A DNA stretch of 34,914 nucleotides from a virus (Duplodnaviria; Caudoviricetes): IMG/VR virus record IMGVR_UViG_3300037502_002994, positions 1-34,914 of that record, one strand, 5' to 3'. Under the pieces are notes generated by a model that had not been told where the DNA came from, made no database searches, and saw only the letters and a program-made list of their open reading frames with translations. The position numbers were made by a program, and so were the translations under genes. Shown piece by piece: positions 1 through 8,389 of the stretch; position 1 is the first letter of the stretch, and each line of letters begins with the position of its first letter.

Positions 1-126
1 CCCTTTGATCAACATAAGATCAATTGGCATTGCCTTTCTGCCCATTTTTTCTCACCTCTCTTTCCAAAATTTGTGTGACCCCTTTAACGAAATAAAGGGA
101 ATTTTGTTCACAGAAAACGGCCCGCG
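1..126 (+). repeat. Terminal direct repeat, copy 1 (circular assembly overlap)
   Basis: 1-126 identical to 34782-34907. Confidence 0.95.
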
Positions 127-135
127 CGGTTCCTT
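60..135 (-). other. Probable cos region between HNH and terS
   Basis: GC-rich CCGCGCGGGCCG followed by TTTTCTGTGAACAAAATTCCC in the HNH-terS intergenic gap, the usual cos position; the contig end diverges inside this motif. Confidence 0.6.
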
Positions 136-526
136 ATAGGAGCCTCCTAGAGATTGGAAGCCCCCCTCCCCTTCCGAACCCACCATCCTCAATGGCGGTC
201 TTTCTACTATGACACGGCTTGCATAAAGCTCTCCAGTTATTCTCATCCCAAAACAAATTATAGTTACCCTTGTGTGGTACGATGTGATCAACCTCAGTTG
301 CTGGTGTCAGCTTCCCCTCTTGCTCGCAATGCACACAAAAAGGATGCCTCCGAAGAAACATCCTTCTGGCTCGTCTCCACCTGGCATTGTATCCTCTCTG
401 ACTGGCTGTTGGTCTGTCTTTGTCTTTCTCCCTCACATATTGCTTTCTATGTGCCTCACAATATGTTTCGGTTGTTAGCTCAGGACACATAGGATGATTG
501 CATGGTCTTTTTGGTTTAATGGGCAT
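134..526 (-). CDS. HNH endonuclease (terminase-associated, HK97 gp74-like)
   Basis: CxxC..VDHIVPH..NWRALCKPCHSRKT motif; lies just upstream of terS; start MPIKPKR after GGAG. Confidence 0.92.
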   Translation of the reverse strand: MPIKPKRPCNHPMCPELTTETYCEAHRKQYVREKDKDRPTASQRGYNARWRRARRMFLRRHPFCVHCEQEGKLTPATEVDHIVPHKGNYNLFWDENNWRALCKPCHSRKTAIEDGGFGRGGGLPISRRLL

Positions 527-537
527 GATATCAACTC

Positions 538-568
538 CAAAAAGAAAAAGCACCTCAATGGGTGCTTA
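538..568 (-). terminator. Intrinsic terminator-like hairpin
   Basis: AAGCACC-cattga-GGTGCTT followed by a T-rich tract on the minus strand. Confidence 0.55.
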
Positions 569-772
569 ATTTGTCCTAATATATTTTTCAACATGATATT
601 TAATTTTGTTTTTGTCCAGCATGGTTTCAGTTTTAATTATTCTATATTCTTCATCATCAATAAAAAAAGTGTCACCGAGTCGAAAAATACCGCCTTTTAG
701 ATCTGGGTGTTCGGATGAATCAGTTTCAAATAAAAACTTCCCTTTGTAGTAAAACTCCATTTTGGTTCTCAA
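566..772 (-). CDS. Hypothetical protein
   Basis: ORF with GGGGG RBS, co-oriented, low GC. Confidence 0.65.
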   Translation of the reverse strand: MRTKMEFYYKGKFLFETDSSEHPDLKGGIFRLGDTFFIDDEEYRIIKTETMLDKNKIKYHVEKYIRTN

Positions 773-829
773 ACCAATCCCCCCTATCGTTTTCCAACAA
801 CAACTTCGACAAAGAGGGGCATTTTTCCT

Positions 830-867
830 TCAAAAAACACAACACCGCCCAGCATTCGCTGGACGGC
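830..867 (-). terminator. Hairpin/attenuator downstream of the putative late promoter
   Basis: GCCGTCCAGC-gaat-GCTGGGCGGT followed by GTTGTGTTTTTT. Confidence 0.5.
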
Positions 868-904
868 TCTATATACAAGGAGGGATTATTCACTATTCTG
901 CTTA

Positions 905-956
905 ATACCATACTAACATGTCTATGTTGCCTCGAAAATGCCCACTTTGTGCCCTC
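905..956 (-). promoter_or_regulatory. Putative activator-dependent late promoter
   Basis: Directly downstream of the activator gene; direct repeat GGGCACAAAGTGGGCA (939-954) and extended -10 TGtTAGTAT (910-918); no consensus -35. Confidence 0.5.
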
Positions 957-961
957 AGTGT

Positions 962-1507
962 TCATTCGACCATCCGGATGCCATCAACCCCAAATATCAA
1001 TGCTGACAAGGTTTTGCAGGCATTATTGATATCCTTGTATACCGTTCTCCGATCAATATTGTGCCCTTCAGCAATTTCATCGGCCGTTTTTTTCTCGTCT
1101 GAGATATACATCATGTAGATGGTTTTAAATCGCCTAAGCTCCTCCGGACGATCAGACTGCTCACACATAATCCGATAAACCAACAACATCTGGTCTATGA
1201 ACTTAACCATGGCCAGGGTACGTTCCTTACTGCGCTTTATGGATTCTATTGCAAATTCATCGGTATCCAAGTCTTCCAAAAGCTCAGGGTCCTGCAATTT
1301 TTCCAGCTCTACCTTCACGTCCTGGCAGTGCAACTTAAACGCTCGATAATGTTTGAGCAGCAGTTTTGTGTTTCTTAGGCGCCGGTCACGCTTCTGTTTT
1401 TGCTGACGTTTCTTTTCTTTTTCAAGGAACTCTAGTGCTTTTTCTGCAGCAATATTAGCCACTTCTTCTAAGAGTTTCGGATCCACTTTGGTTTTTGCTT
1501 TTGCCAT
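962..1507 (-). CDS. Late transcriptional activator (ArpU/RinA-like, C-terminal sigma70-region-4-like HTH)
   Basis: RLRNTKLLLKHYR motif and C-terminal HTH (TADEIAEGHNIDRRTVYKDINNA); last gene of the early region. Confidence 0.8.
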   Translation of the reverse strand: MAKAKTKVDPKLLEEVANIAAEKALEFLEKEKKRQQKQKRDRRLRNTKLLLKHYRAFKLHCQDVKVELEKLQDPELLEDLDTDEFAIESIKRSKERTLAMVKFIDQMLLVYRIMCEQSDRPEELRRFKTIYMMYISDEKKTADEIAEGHNIDRRTVYKDINNACKTLSALIFGVDGIRMVE

Positions 1508-1522
1508 ATCCTACCCCCTCCA

Positions 1523-1675
1523 TCAAACTGGGATAACCTTCTTCGTCCCCGTCTCCTTGTGTTGCAGTACCAGGTATTCATCTGTCTTTTTCCGTAGTAA
1601 CCAGTTTCGTGTGTTCAGCCTAGGCGCAATTTTGGCCACCATCTCCCGCTCTGCCCTGGTCAGGTTTCTCCTCAT
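1523..1675 (-). CDS. Small conserved phage protein (50 aa; not in ORF track)
   Basis: MRRNLTRAEREMVAKIAPRLNTRNWLLRKKTDEYLVLQHKETGTKKVIPV; GGAGGTG RBS; ATGA overlap. Confidence 0.7.
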   Translation of the reverse strand: MRRNLTRAEREMVAKIAPRLNTRNWLLRKKTDEYLVLQHKETGTKKVIPV

Positions 1676-1827
1676 TCAAGCACCTCCCAGCCTGAAGTGA
1701 TTTGGTCAGCTATCCAAGCTTCAAGGCGCTCCTGTATATAGTTATCGCGATCAGCTATCTCATCCGGAATGACTATAGTTTCCCTGTATTCGCAGCCCCC
1801 CAACGAAACATAGAACTCAACTTTCAT
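1672..1827 (-). CDS. Small acidic hypothetical protein (51 aa; not in ORF track)
   Basis: MKVEFYVSLGGCEYRETIVIPDEIADRDNYIQERLEAWIADQITSGWEVLE; AGAGGT RBS; fills the operon gap. Confidence 0.65.
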   Translation of the reverse strand: MKVEFYVSLGGCEYRETIVIPDEIADRDNYIQERLEAWIADQITSGWEVLE

Positions 1828-2206
1828 AGACCTCTCTCCTCTTCGGCTTGACCAACCCCCACTCTCTTTTCTTTCTACTTAGTTCTGATTGATAGATGCC
1901 TTTTTCTATAGCAATCTGCTTGTCCAGCCAGCCTTGCTCTTTCAATTTTAGATATTCCTCCTTAGTCAACGGGAAAGATTTACCCTGTCTCTTTCTCTGT
2001 TTCTTACGCTGGTGGGCTTCGTAGTTAGTCAGTATCGGGCCGCGCGCCCCTTTCTTTCCTTTGTTTTTGTTTGGTGGGCCATACTTTCGGTGGATCTCCG
2101 CCAGCTGTTCAGGGGTTAATCTGTATTCGTGAACCTCACCAGGAGGAGAATCGACCATTGGGAACTTAACTCCGCCTAATGCAGCACTTGACACTTTAGT
2201 GACCAT
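1817..2206 (-). CDS. Hypothetical protein with C-terminal HTH-like segment
   Basis: LTKEEYLKLKEQGWLDKQIAIEKGIYQSELSRKKREWGL resembles small phage HTH domains. Confidence 0.7.
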   Translation of the reverse strand: MVTKVSSAALGGVKFPMVDSPPGEVHEYRLTPEQLAEIHRKYGPPNKNKGKKGARGPILTNYEAHQRKKQRKRQGKSFPLTKEEYLKLKEQGWLDKQIAIEKGIYQSELSRKKREWGLVKPKRREVYES

Positions 2207-2381
2207 GCTTGTCCCTCTCTTCCGTATGTTTGTGGCCTAGCTTGCCGTCTTTAACCAGCCACTTGCCACACTTACACTTGATATCCTTTTTAAGCCTGGA
2301 AAGTTGACCAATAGTCATTTTGACTTCTTCAGAACCACAATATGCACACTGCAATGTAATAGACAGTGATCCTTTAACCAT
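2196..2381 (-). CDS. Small zinc-ribbon protein
   Basis: CAYC...CKCG; GGAGG RBS. Confidence 0.7.
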   Translation of the reverse strand: MVKGSLSITLQCAYCGSEEVKMTIGQLSRLKKDIKCKCGKWLVKDGKLGHKHTEERDKHGH

Positions 2382-2399
2382 CTGTTTTTTCCTCCTCCA

Positions 2400-2786
2400 T
2401 CACCCCTCGATCTTTGCAACTAGCATGTTGTTTTTGTCATCCCACACGGCTATTGCCTTCAGCGGAAGCTCCCACTTTAGCTCAGATACAAGAGTGGTGG
2501 ATGTGCAAACAAGCAAGCCTTTTGCCCACCTGAATCTATACCCCAGCTTTTCTGGATGAATAGGCCTCACTGCTATTGCTTTTTTGGCTATCCCTATCTC
2601 GGCAACGTAGAAGCCTTCCTCAGAAGGTTCGGCAACTTCTTTGATCTTGTCCGCGGCTTTTTTTGACAAAGATATTTGCCCCTTCGGTGTGATGCGTATC
2701 GTCATTTCTTTCCTGTATCTGCCATTCTCTCCTCTTTTCCACTCAAACAATTTTGGATCGAAAAAGCGCTTTACGTCTCCGCTCAT
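2400..2786 (-). CDS. Hypothetical protein, possible AbrB-like swapped-hairpin DNA-binding fold
   Basis: TIRITPKGQISLSKK motif; start MSGDVK after GGGGTG. Confidence 0.6.
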   Translation of the reverse strand: MSGDVKRFFDPKLFEWKRGENGRYRKEMTIRITPKGQISLSKKAADKIKEVAEPSEEGFYVAEIGIAKKAIAVRPIHPEKLGYRFRWAKGLLVCTSTTLVSELKWELPLKAIAVWDDKNNMLVAKIEG

Positions 2787-2794
2787 GATTCTCT

Positions 2795-2929
2795 TCACCC
2801 CTTCACCTCTTTGGTAGCTTTCGTATCGACGATTTCCTTCAATCGGTACCCCTTCAGTCGCAACCAAGGAGACCATATCGTTTTGCGAAGCTCCATGCCT
2901 TCTGCGTTACGGTAACAGTACCATTTCAT
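2795..2929 (-). CDS. Small hypothetical protein (44 aa; not in ORF track)
   Basis: MKWYCYRNAEGMELRKTIWSPWLRLKGYRLKEIVDTKATKEVKG; ATGA overlap with the MazG-like gene; GGAGGG RBS. Confidence 0.55.
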   Translation of the reverse strand: MKWYCYRNAEGMELRKTIWSPWLRLKGYRLKEIVDTKATKEVKG

Positions 2930-3255
2930 ATCACTTTCCCTCCGTGCCTGTGCGGCCTCGTCTTGTTGTATTCGTGCTTCTCGCGAATAGCCGCCTCAAG
3001 ATCAATCCCTGCCCATCCACAGTAATCCATGACTCTGATCACGATGTCTGCAAGTTCAGATGGGATACCACACGGCTTGCCTTTCTCGTCATAGTAGATC
3101 TCATCTGGAAAACGCCCGTTTCTGTACTCTTCAAGCGCTTCTGAAACTTCACTGTGGATGAGGGCAACGATATCACCGAATGACCGTTCCTCGTCCCACC
3201 ATCCTTTTTCTTTGGCGTTTTCATGGACTTCTTTCACAAGTTGATCGATGGTCAT
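2926..3255 (-). CDS. MazG-like nucleotide pyrophosphohydrolase
   Basis: HSEVSEALE...ELADIVIR...EKHEYNKTR all-alpha NTP-PPase motifs. Confidence 0.85.
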   Translation of the reverse strand: MTIDQLVKEVHENAKEKGWWDEERSFGDIVALIHSEVSEALEEYRNGRFPDEIYYDEKGKPCGIPSELADIVIRVMDYCGWAGIDLEAAIREKHEYNKTRPHRHGGKVI

Positions 3256-3258
3256 GTA

Positions 3259-3582
3259 TCACTCTCTCCCTTTCCCTTTTTGTTTTCTTGTCCTCTTCTC
3301 AAACCACCATTCCAGGTAGCTGTTTCCTCTTTTCAATGCCTGCTCAAAGCTGAGGCCAGCAACCAAAGTTTTTTCGCTCACAGGTTTTGGTCCAAAGTCC
3401 TTATGCCACTGTCCCCACCACAAGGTCCATGTGCCATCATCCTCTTTGAACAGGAACAACTCTCTGTTTGATGCCAGCGTGCAACTGTATGCTTCGCCTT
3501 CGCGGAGCGTCAGCCACCGATCAAGTCTCTGAGTACTTTGCACACGCGTCCCAGCGGACTCTATGGTCTGTGCCTGGCCCAT
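3259..3582 (-). CDS. Hypothetical protein
   Basis: Co-oriented ORF; start MGQAQ chosen from a GGGGTG RBS (start uncertain). Confidence 0.6.
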   Translation of the reverse strand: MGQAQTIESAGTRVQSTQRLDRWLTLREGEAYSCTLASNRELFLFKEDDGTWTLWWGQWHKDFGPKPVSEKTLVAGLSFEQALKRGNSYLEWWFEKRTRKQKGKGRE

Positions 3583-3763
3583 TGGTATCACCCCGAAAGT
3601 GGCACTTGTAATAACGCTTTCGAGAAAAGGTTTTGTGATATAAGTGTTTGCAGTCTTTGCATTTTTTACCTTGCGGGCCAAAACCAAAAGCTCTGATCAT
3701 AGGGTTTGGATTGGCTTTGGCTGCGTCTGTTTGTACACCCAGATCAAATTCCAACTGTTTCAC
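3521..3763 (-). CDS. Small Cys-rich (metal-binding) protein
   Basis: CKDCKH...YYKC...AC pattern. Confidence 0.65.
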   Translation of the reverse strand: MKQLEFDLGVQTDAAKANPNPMIRAFGFGPQGKKCKDCKHLYHKTFSRKRYYKCHFRGDTNGPGTDHRVRWDACAKYSET

Positions 3764-4034
3764 GTTCCAACACCGCCCTCACATCCTCCACACTGGTGAC
3801 GATGGCTACTATGGCTCCAGCCTTCATCCATTCACTCAACTCATATAGCTGCAGTTTGGTAGCCTTTCCTCCAGGACGTTTCACCTCAAAAAAGTATGCC
3901 TGCCCGTCCTTGACACAAAGGATATCCGGCCATCCGGCCATGTACGGGCCGCCGTGAATTTTGCGGGCCCGTGTTCCTTCCAAGCTATTCAGGTATTTCA
4001 AGATAGCTTCAACGATGGATTTTTCCGTAGGCAT
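3744..4034 (-). CDS. VRR-NUC domain nuclease (probable junction resolvase)
   Basis: GWPDI...FFEVKRPGGKATKLQ PD-(D/E)xK motif. Confidence 0.9.
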   Translation of the reverse strand: MPTEKSIVEAILKYLNSLEGTRARKIHGGPYMAGWPDILCVKDGQAYFFEVKRPGGKATKLQLYELSEWMKAGAIVAIVTSVEDVRAVLERETVGI

Positions 4035-4035
4035 A

Positions 4036-4371
4036 TCAACGCAACTCCTTCAACAGTACAGCCACCTCATTTCGCCATGGCTCCAAGTATTTGGCTTTCA
4101 TTCGCTCATATTCATCGGCGTTCTCCCATGCCATCTTGCCGGTAGGATCAATATCGGGCCGGAGAATGTAGCCTTTTTTGCCTTGTTTTAGCCTTGTCCC
4201 TCCACATCGGAAACCATTCAGGATTCCGGCCAGTTCTTCCCCGTGCCTCTCCATTGCCAGCTCTAGCAGTCGGCACCAAAGTTGGTTATCTTCTTGCAAA
4301 TCCGGCCGAGGATCCTCGGTGTATGGTGGCCGACGATATTCGGTAGGCTGCAAATGTTTTGCTAAGCTCAT
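4036..4371 (-). CDS. Hypothetical protein
   Basis: ORF following the origin; GGAG RBS before MSLAKH. Confidence 0.7.
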   Translation of the reverse strand: MSLAKHLQPTEYRRPPYTEDPRPDLQEDNQLWCRLLELAMERHGEELAGILNGFRCGGTRLKQGKKGYILRPDIDPTGKMAWENADEYERMKAKYLEPWRNEVAVLLKELR

Positions 4372-4389
4372 TTTTTTGTCACTCCGCAA

Positions 4390-4682
4390 TTAGTGGGAAC
4401 GATTCCCACTATTTTTTTGTTAGTGGGAATGGCGCAATCCCTTGTGCCACAAGGATTCACGGCGTTTCATTCCCACTTTCCCACTTTTTTTGCGAATACA
4501 CACCATAATAAATACACCCCTACCCTTACCCTCCTTTAAGGAGGGTGTCGCGCTTATATATAGTTTTTTTATTTTTTAGTGGGAAAGTGGGAATAAGATA
4601 TATAAAACCCGCGTCACTAAAGGCTTTTTTCCATTCCCACTTCTTTCCCACTTTTCCCACTACCCCCCGTTTTGTTCCCACT
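4390..4682. other. Probable replication origin with TTCCCACT iterons in both orientations
   Basis: About ten TTCCCACT/AGTGGGAA copies, AT-rich tracts and palindrome ACCCTCCTT-T-AAGGAGGGT (4528-4546), directly downstream of the DUF927 helicase gene. Confidence 0.75.
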
Positions 4683-6984
4683 TTTCGGTTCTAAGCGCCA
4701 CAACTCTTACCCAGCCGTTTCCAAAATTCCGTTTTGGTTTGTATCTAACTTTGCCGCCTTCCTCTTCCGTTTGTATCCATCCCCGCTCTGCGAAGTCTCT
4801 CAGAATTCGTCTTTCTGAAAAACCGCCTTCGGTCATGCACTTTTGAAAAGCGGTTGGAAGCATGTATACGGTCCCATATTGCACCCAACCGAAGCGCTCG
4901 TTGGTTCCATCGTTAAACTTTGACTTATGTTGCTCCACCCAAGATATGATCCACTCACGTGCCCGGGTAGCATCATCCATATCCGCAGCCGCTTCCAGTT
5001 GTGCAAGAATGGTTTCGGCTAAACTCATCGCTTGAGCAAACGATTCGTCCTCATCTATTCCAAAAATCCATTTGCTAGAGTAATAGTCTCCTAATATCAC
5101 CGTCGCCACGGCTGAAAGGTGGCTTCGGCTCTTGTCCCCTGCTTGTTTGCCCAACTCTTCTTTGAGTACCTCAAAATCAGTTTTAAAAGCTTCGGGATCC
5201 TCAGCCAGCGTTTCCATCATTTGCCGCACAAACATCACGCCTGCATGGCCATGATGTTCTTTTGTCTGTTCATGGATGCGCCCGGCCAGCGATTCATCGC
5301 TGATCGGTAGACCATACAACTCTATAGCCCGGGTACTCACACCGCCCCTCGATGATCCGGTGGTCAGCGGCTCTTCTCCCGTAGTCATGGCAATCGTTCG
5401 CCAGCTTGAAAAGGCTTGTATGCCGCCACCTTTGGCTCCGCGGGTTTTTCCTTTTCCTAACCCTATCATGTAGACTAGACTCTCTATGAAACCTTGCCGG
5501 TCACCAACCACCTGTTTTTCGTCGATGACTAGCGGCAGGTCGGAATAGAAGGCCGCCAAACGTTCCAGTCCCACTTTTGTGGCATTGAAGTTCGCCATCA
5601 ATACATCCGGGTCGCCCCATACACTTAGAGCCGCCTTTGCCGCCGCCGTCTTTCCTCCCCGGCTGGCTCCCCAAGCATGGATCACAAACACCCGTTGATT
5701 GACCAGCTTCAGAAGCGGGGCCGCAAAGCTGGCCGACATCATGAATCGAGCAATAGGGTGGTTTTCTCTGACTGGTTGGACGGCTTTTATCCATTCCTCG
5801 AAATCTCCACTGGATGAGTATCCACTAACTACCGACGATGCACCATCATCATCCACATCCAATACAATGTCCCCTTCAGCCCCTGGAAGAAAATTCTTTC
5901 CAGCCCAGCCCATATGGCTTACTGATTGAATCAAAGGGAGGTTGTTCAGGTTCTCCCGCTCCAGGTCGTCCAGGAATTTGACCAGGAAGCGGGCTGTTTC
6001 GCTGGAAACTGGCAATCCTTTGTTGGTGAGTTGGATTAGGCTTGTCCGATTGAATACCGTTGCTCTGTCAGCCATGATGTGCCGCCACTTTTGATCCCGA
6101 TAGAAAGCTATTTCTACCTTTTCCTGCGATGTTTCGATGTTTCGGAGTCGTTTGGTCAAAATCACCGGCACCGGACAAGCGCAAACCGGTTCTTTTTTGT
6201 TTCCTTGAGACAGCCATATTCCGTTCTCGTTGATTGTCCAGTTGTATGGCTTCCTCAGTTCAATGGGCAGGTTTGGGAGTACCTCACTGAGCGGAGGAGG
6301 CGGCTCATTGGGTTCGACCAGGCGCACTTTTTGCTTCTCAGCAACCTTTTTGTTGACGGCCCGCTCCAGATCATTGAGGTTGACTTTGCCTTTTAGTTCC
6401 TGCTTCAAACGGGCATACTCAGCCGGTTCTTCTTTTTTCAGTACAGCCAGGGCGCCAATGACTTCCTGGTCAAAGATCCGGGTTGGCTCGTCCTCGGCTG
6501 CTTGAACGGCACGCTCGGCCAGTTCTAAGCTTTCCCGCTTCTCCACTTCATCCGGATTCCCGATTACTATCGGACTAGTGATCATGCCCCGAAGCTCACA
6601 GTTTTGGCACCATTCACCGCCGGTGAGTTCTTCCACCCTGGCACAAGTCACCGGTCCCGCTGCTGTCAGAGCATGTTCCAGCTTTTTCTCAGTTTCCCAT
6701 TCTGAGTATCCCGGATAGTCTTGGCTCCATTCGTGGGCCAGGTTCTCCCCACCCTGGCACCGGCCAACGATGGAAAGCATGGCGTACCATTCCGGCTCAG
6801 GAAGAGTAGCCGAATCATCACGGCAGTGCCGCAACCAAGCACAAGCGGCCACAATTGGCTCAATGTGTGCCCGCCGGCTGTCATCCAGGGCCGTTGTTCT
6901 CCTTCGCATTGTCGAGGGAGAGGAGATGGATGTGACTGACACCAAATATCGCTCAATTTCTGCAACCTCATATCGCTGTAGCAT
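4660..6984 (-). CDS. DUF927/Cch-like replicative helicase with N-terminal Cys-rich PriL-CTD-like domain
   Basis: Walker A GASRGGKT, Walker B LVIDE, MTTGE; N-terminal C...GPVTC..WCQNC..SPI. Confidence 0.85.
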   Translation of the reverse strand: MLQRYEVAEIERYLVSVTSISSPSTMRRRTTALDDSRRAHIEPIVAACAWLRHCRDDSATLPEPEWYAMLSIVGRCQGGENLAHEWSQDYPGYSEWETEKKLEHALTAAGPVTCARVEELTGGEWCQNCELRGMITSPIVIGNPDEVEKRESLELAERAVQAAEDEPTRIFDQEVIGALAVLKKEEPAEYARLKQELKGKVNLNDLERAVNKKVAEKQKVRLVEPNEPPPPLSEVLPNLPIELRKPYNWTINENGIWLSQGNKKEPVCACPVPVILTKRLRNIETSQEKVEIAFYRDQKWRHIMADRATVFNRTSLIQLTNKGLPVSSETARFLVKFLDDLERENLNNLPLIQSVSHMGWAGKNFLPGAEGDIVLDVDDDGASSVVSGYSSSGDFEEWIKAVQPVRENHPIARFMMSASFAAPLLKLVNQRVFVIHAWGASRGGKTAAAKAALSVWGDPDVLMANFNATKVGLERLAAFYSDLPLVIDEKQVVGDRQGFIESLVYMIGLGKGKTRGAKGGGIQAFSSWRTIAMTTGEEPLTTGSSRGGVSTRAIELYGLPISDESLAGRIHEQTKEHHGHAGVMFVRQMMETLAEDPEAFKTDFEVLKEELGKQAGDKSRSHLSAVATVILGDYYSSKWIFGIDEDESFAQAMSLAETILAQLEAAADMDDATRAREWIISWVEQHKSKFNDGTNERFGWVQYGTVYMLPTAFQKCMTEGGFSERRILRDFAERGWIQTEEEGGKVRYKPKRNFGNGWVRVVALRTEKWEQNGG

Positions 6985-7585
6985 GTTCCGTCACCTGTAT
7001 CACTTCCACTGGTTTGGGATCTCTTTTGTAATTGATAGTTCCCGGCACTCTCAACACTCGAGCTAGATCACTTGTATTGTCCAGTCGCCAACCGCGTTCT
7101 CTCGCCTTGGCTCGAATAGTAGCTTGGAAACGCTCTGTCAGTGCTTCAGCTTGAGCTCTGTTATATTCTGTTTCAATGTGGAGCGGATCTTTGAATAGCC
7201 AGTATGCATGCAGACCGTGGCCGGAATGGACAACAATGGTAGGCGGCAACCGGAATGTCTGTATAAATTGCATGGCTTCATCTGTATTTTGGGGTAGATC
7301 TCTTTCTTTGTGAGCGTCACTGGCGATGTCTATATCTATCCATAGCCCGGGAATGACCACGACATCCTTGTTTTCACCCCGTCCTCGATACACTTTTTCT
7401 TTCCGTAAACCAACACCAAAATAGACATCTTTGTTTTGGTTAGTTAGCTTGATAGCTGTATCGGCGGCTTGATCCAGCTTGTTCGCTGGAAACCAATGCG
7501 TCCGCTTGTCCTGGAGTGTCCAGAGAGTAAGCCAGCCATCTTGGCAAGCACCATATAATGCATCAAAGAAGTCCAACGTGTTCAC
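6968..7585 (-). CDS. AEP-superfamily primase catalytic domain (RepB-like)
   Basis: WIDID, HSGHGLHAYW and DLARVLRVPGT motifs. Confidence 0.85.
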   Translation of the reverse strand: MNTLDFFDALYGACQDGWLTLWTLQDKRTHWFPANKLDQAADTAIKLTNQNKDVYFGVGLRKEKVYRGRGENKDVVVIPGLWIDIDIASDAHKERDLPQNTDEAMQFIQTFRLPPTIVVHSGHGLHAYWLFKDPLHIETEYNRAQAEALTERFQATIRAKARERGWRLDNTSDLARVLRVPGTINYKRDPKPVEVIQVTEHATAI

Positions 7586-7633
7586 CGTCTCACCGCCTTC
7601 ATATGGTAGGTAGGGAGCCGCTTGGCTCCCTGT

Positions 7634-8377
7634 TTAGAATGGTGCTTCGTCGTCTTCTGCATTTTCAGTAGGCGCCTGGTAATAATCAGTTGTTTCAACG
7701 CCGATACTACGGGTGACTGCTTTAATCCCTTTGCTATATTCAGCGGCTTTTTGTACTTCTTCCGGCGATAATTCCCCGGCCACCGCAAACTGCGCTTGGC
7801 TGTAATTAATGCCGCCTTTGTTCGTTTCTCGCTTCAGAGTGATTTTGGTAATCACTCCGTAGCTGCGCCGCCCGCGGCCAATCACCCGCTTAGCCAAGTA
7901 GTTAGAAAACGGTTTGATACTGGTGGGAGGGAGTGTCAACATCAAGGGGAACATCTCACCTTCGCGCAACAGGTATACCCGGTGCATATTCTTGCAAGCC
8001 TTCCCACCGTTTCCGTCTGGATCACTCCCCCACTGGTTGAATGGGCATGTTTTGCAATCCCCACCAGGATTCCCAGTACCTGACTTACCGTCTAGGCTGC
8101 TGCAATCAGGCGGATTGTTTTGTCCCGAGTATTTATTCTTCCAGTAGGCGTTCACCGGATGGTGATCGACTATAACGCCTACCAACTCTTTGACCATATC
8201 TGGATTATCCGGGTCGTCGCCGGGAACTTCAAATGCCAACCCGCCACCGGAAGGTATTTTCACCCGGTCAAACTCAATAGAGAGCCCTTCCATTTCCTCT
8301 GACATTGCTTCACCTAAATCGTCACCCAACACCGGAAAGTTGAAATCTTCGACTTTTGCCAATGCGTTTTCACTCAT
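7634..8377 (-). CDS. Probable single-stranded DNA-binding protein with 4-Cys module
   Basis: Replication-module position; acidic C-terminal tail EDDEAPF; PPDC..CKTC..KAC. Confidence 0.65.
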   Translation of the reverse strand: MSENALAKVEDFNFPVLGDDLGEAMSEEMEGLSIEFDRVKIPSGGGLAFEVPGDDPDNPDMVKELVGVIVDHHPVNAYWKNKYSGQNNPPDCSSLDGKSGTGNPGGDCKTCPFNQWGSDPDGNGGKACKNMHRVYLLREGEMFPLMLTLPPTSIKPFSNYLAKRVIGRGRRSYGVITKITLKRETNKGGINYSQAQFAVAGELSPEEVQKAAEYSKGIKAVTRSIGVETTDYYQAPTENAEDDEAPF

Positions 8378-8389
8378 GTTCGATTCCTC

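Noticed and set aside
1-126. Biological terminal repeat (T7-like DTR)
   Set aside because: It cuts through terS, and the HNH-terS-terL layout points to cos packaging, so an assembly overlap is more likely
4390-4682. Short repeats as a CRISPR array
   Set aside because: 8-bp units in mixed orientation with irregular spacing; no 25-40 bp repeat-spacer periodicity
6968-6984. Primase as a frameshifted pseudogene
   Set aside because: The downstream ORF has its own SD and ATG overlapping the upstream stop, and both parts keep their motifs
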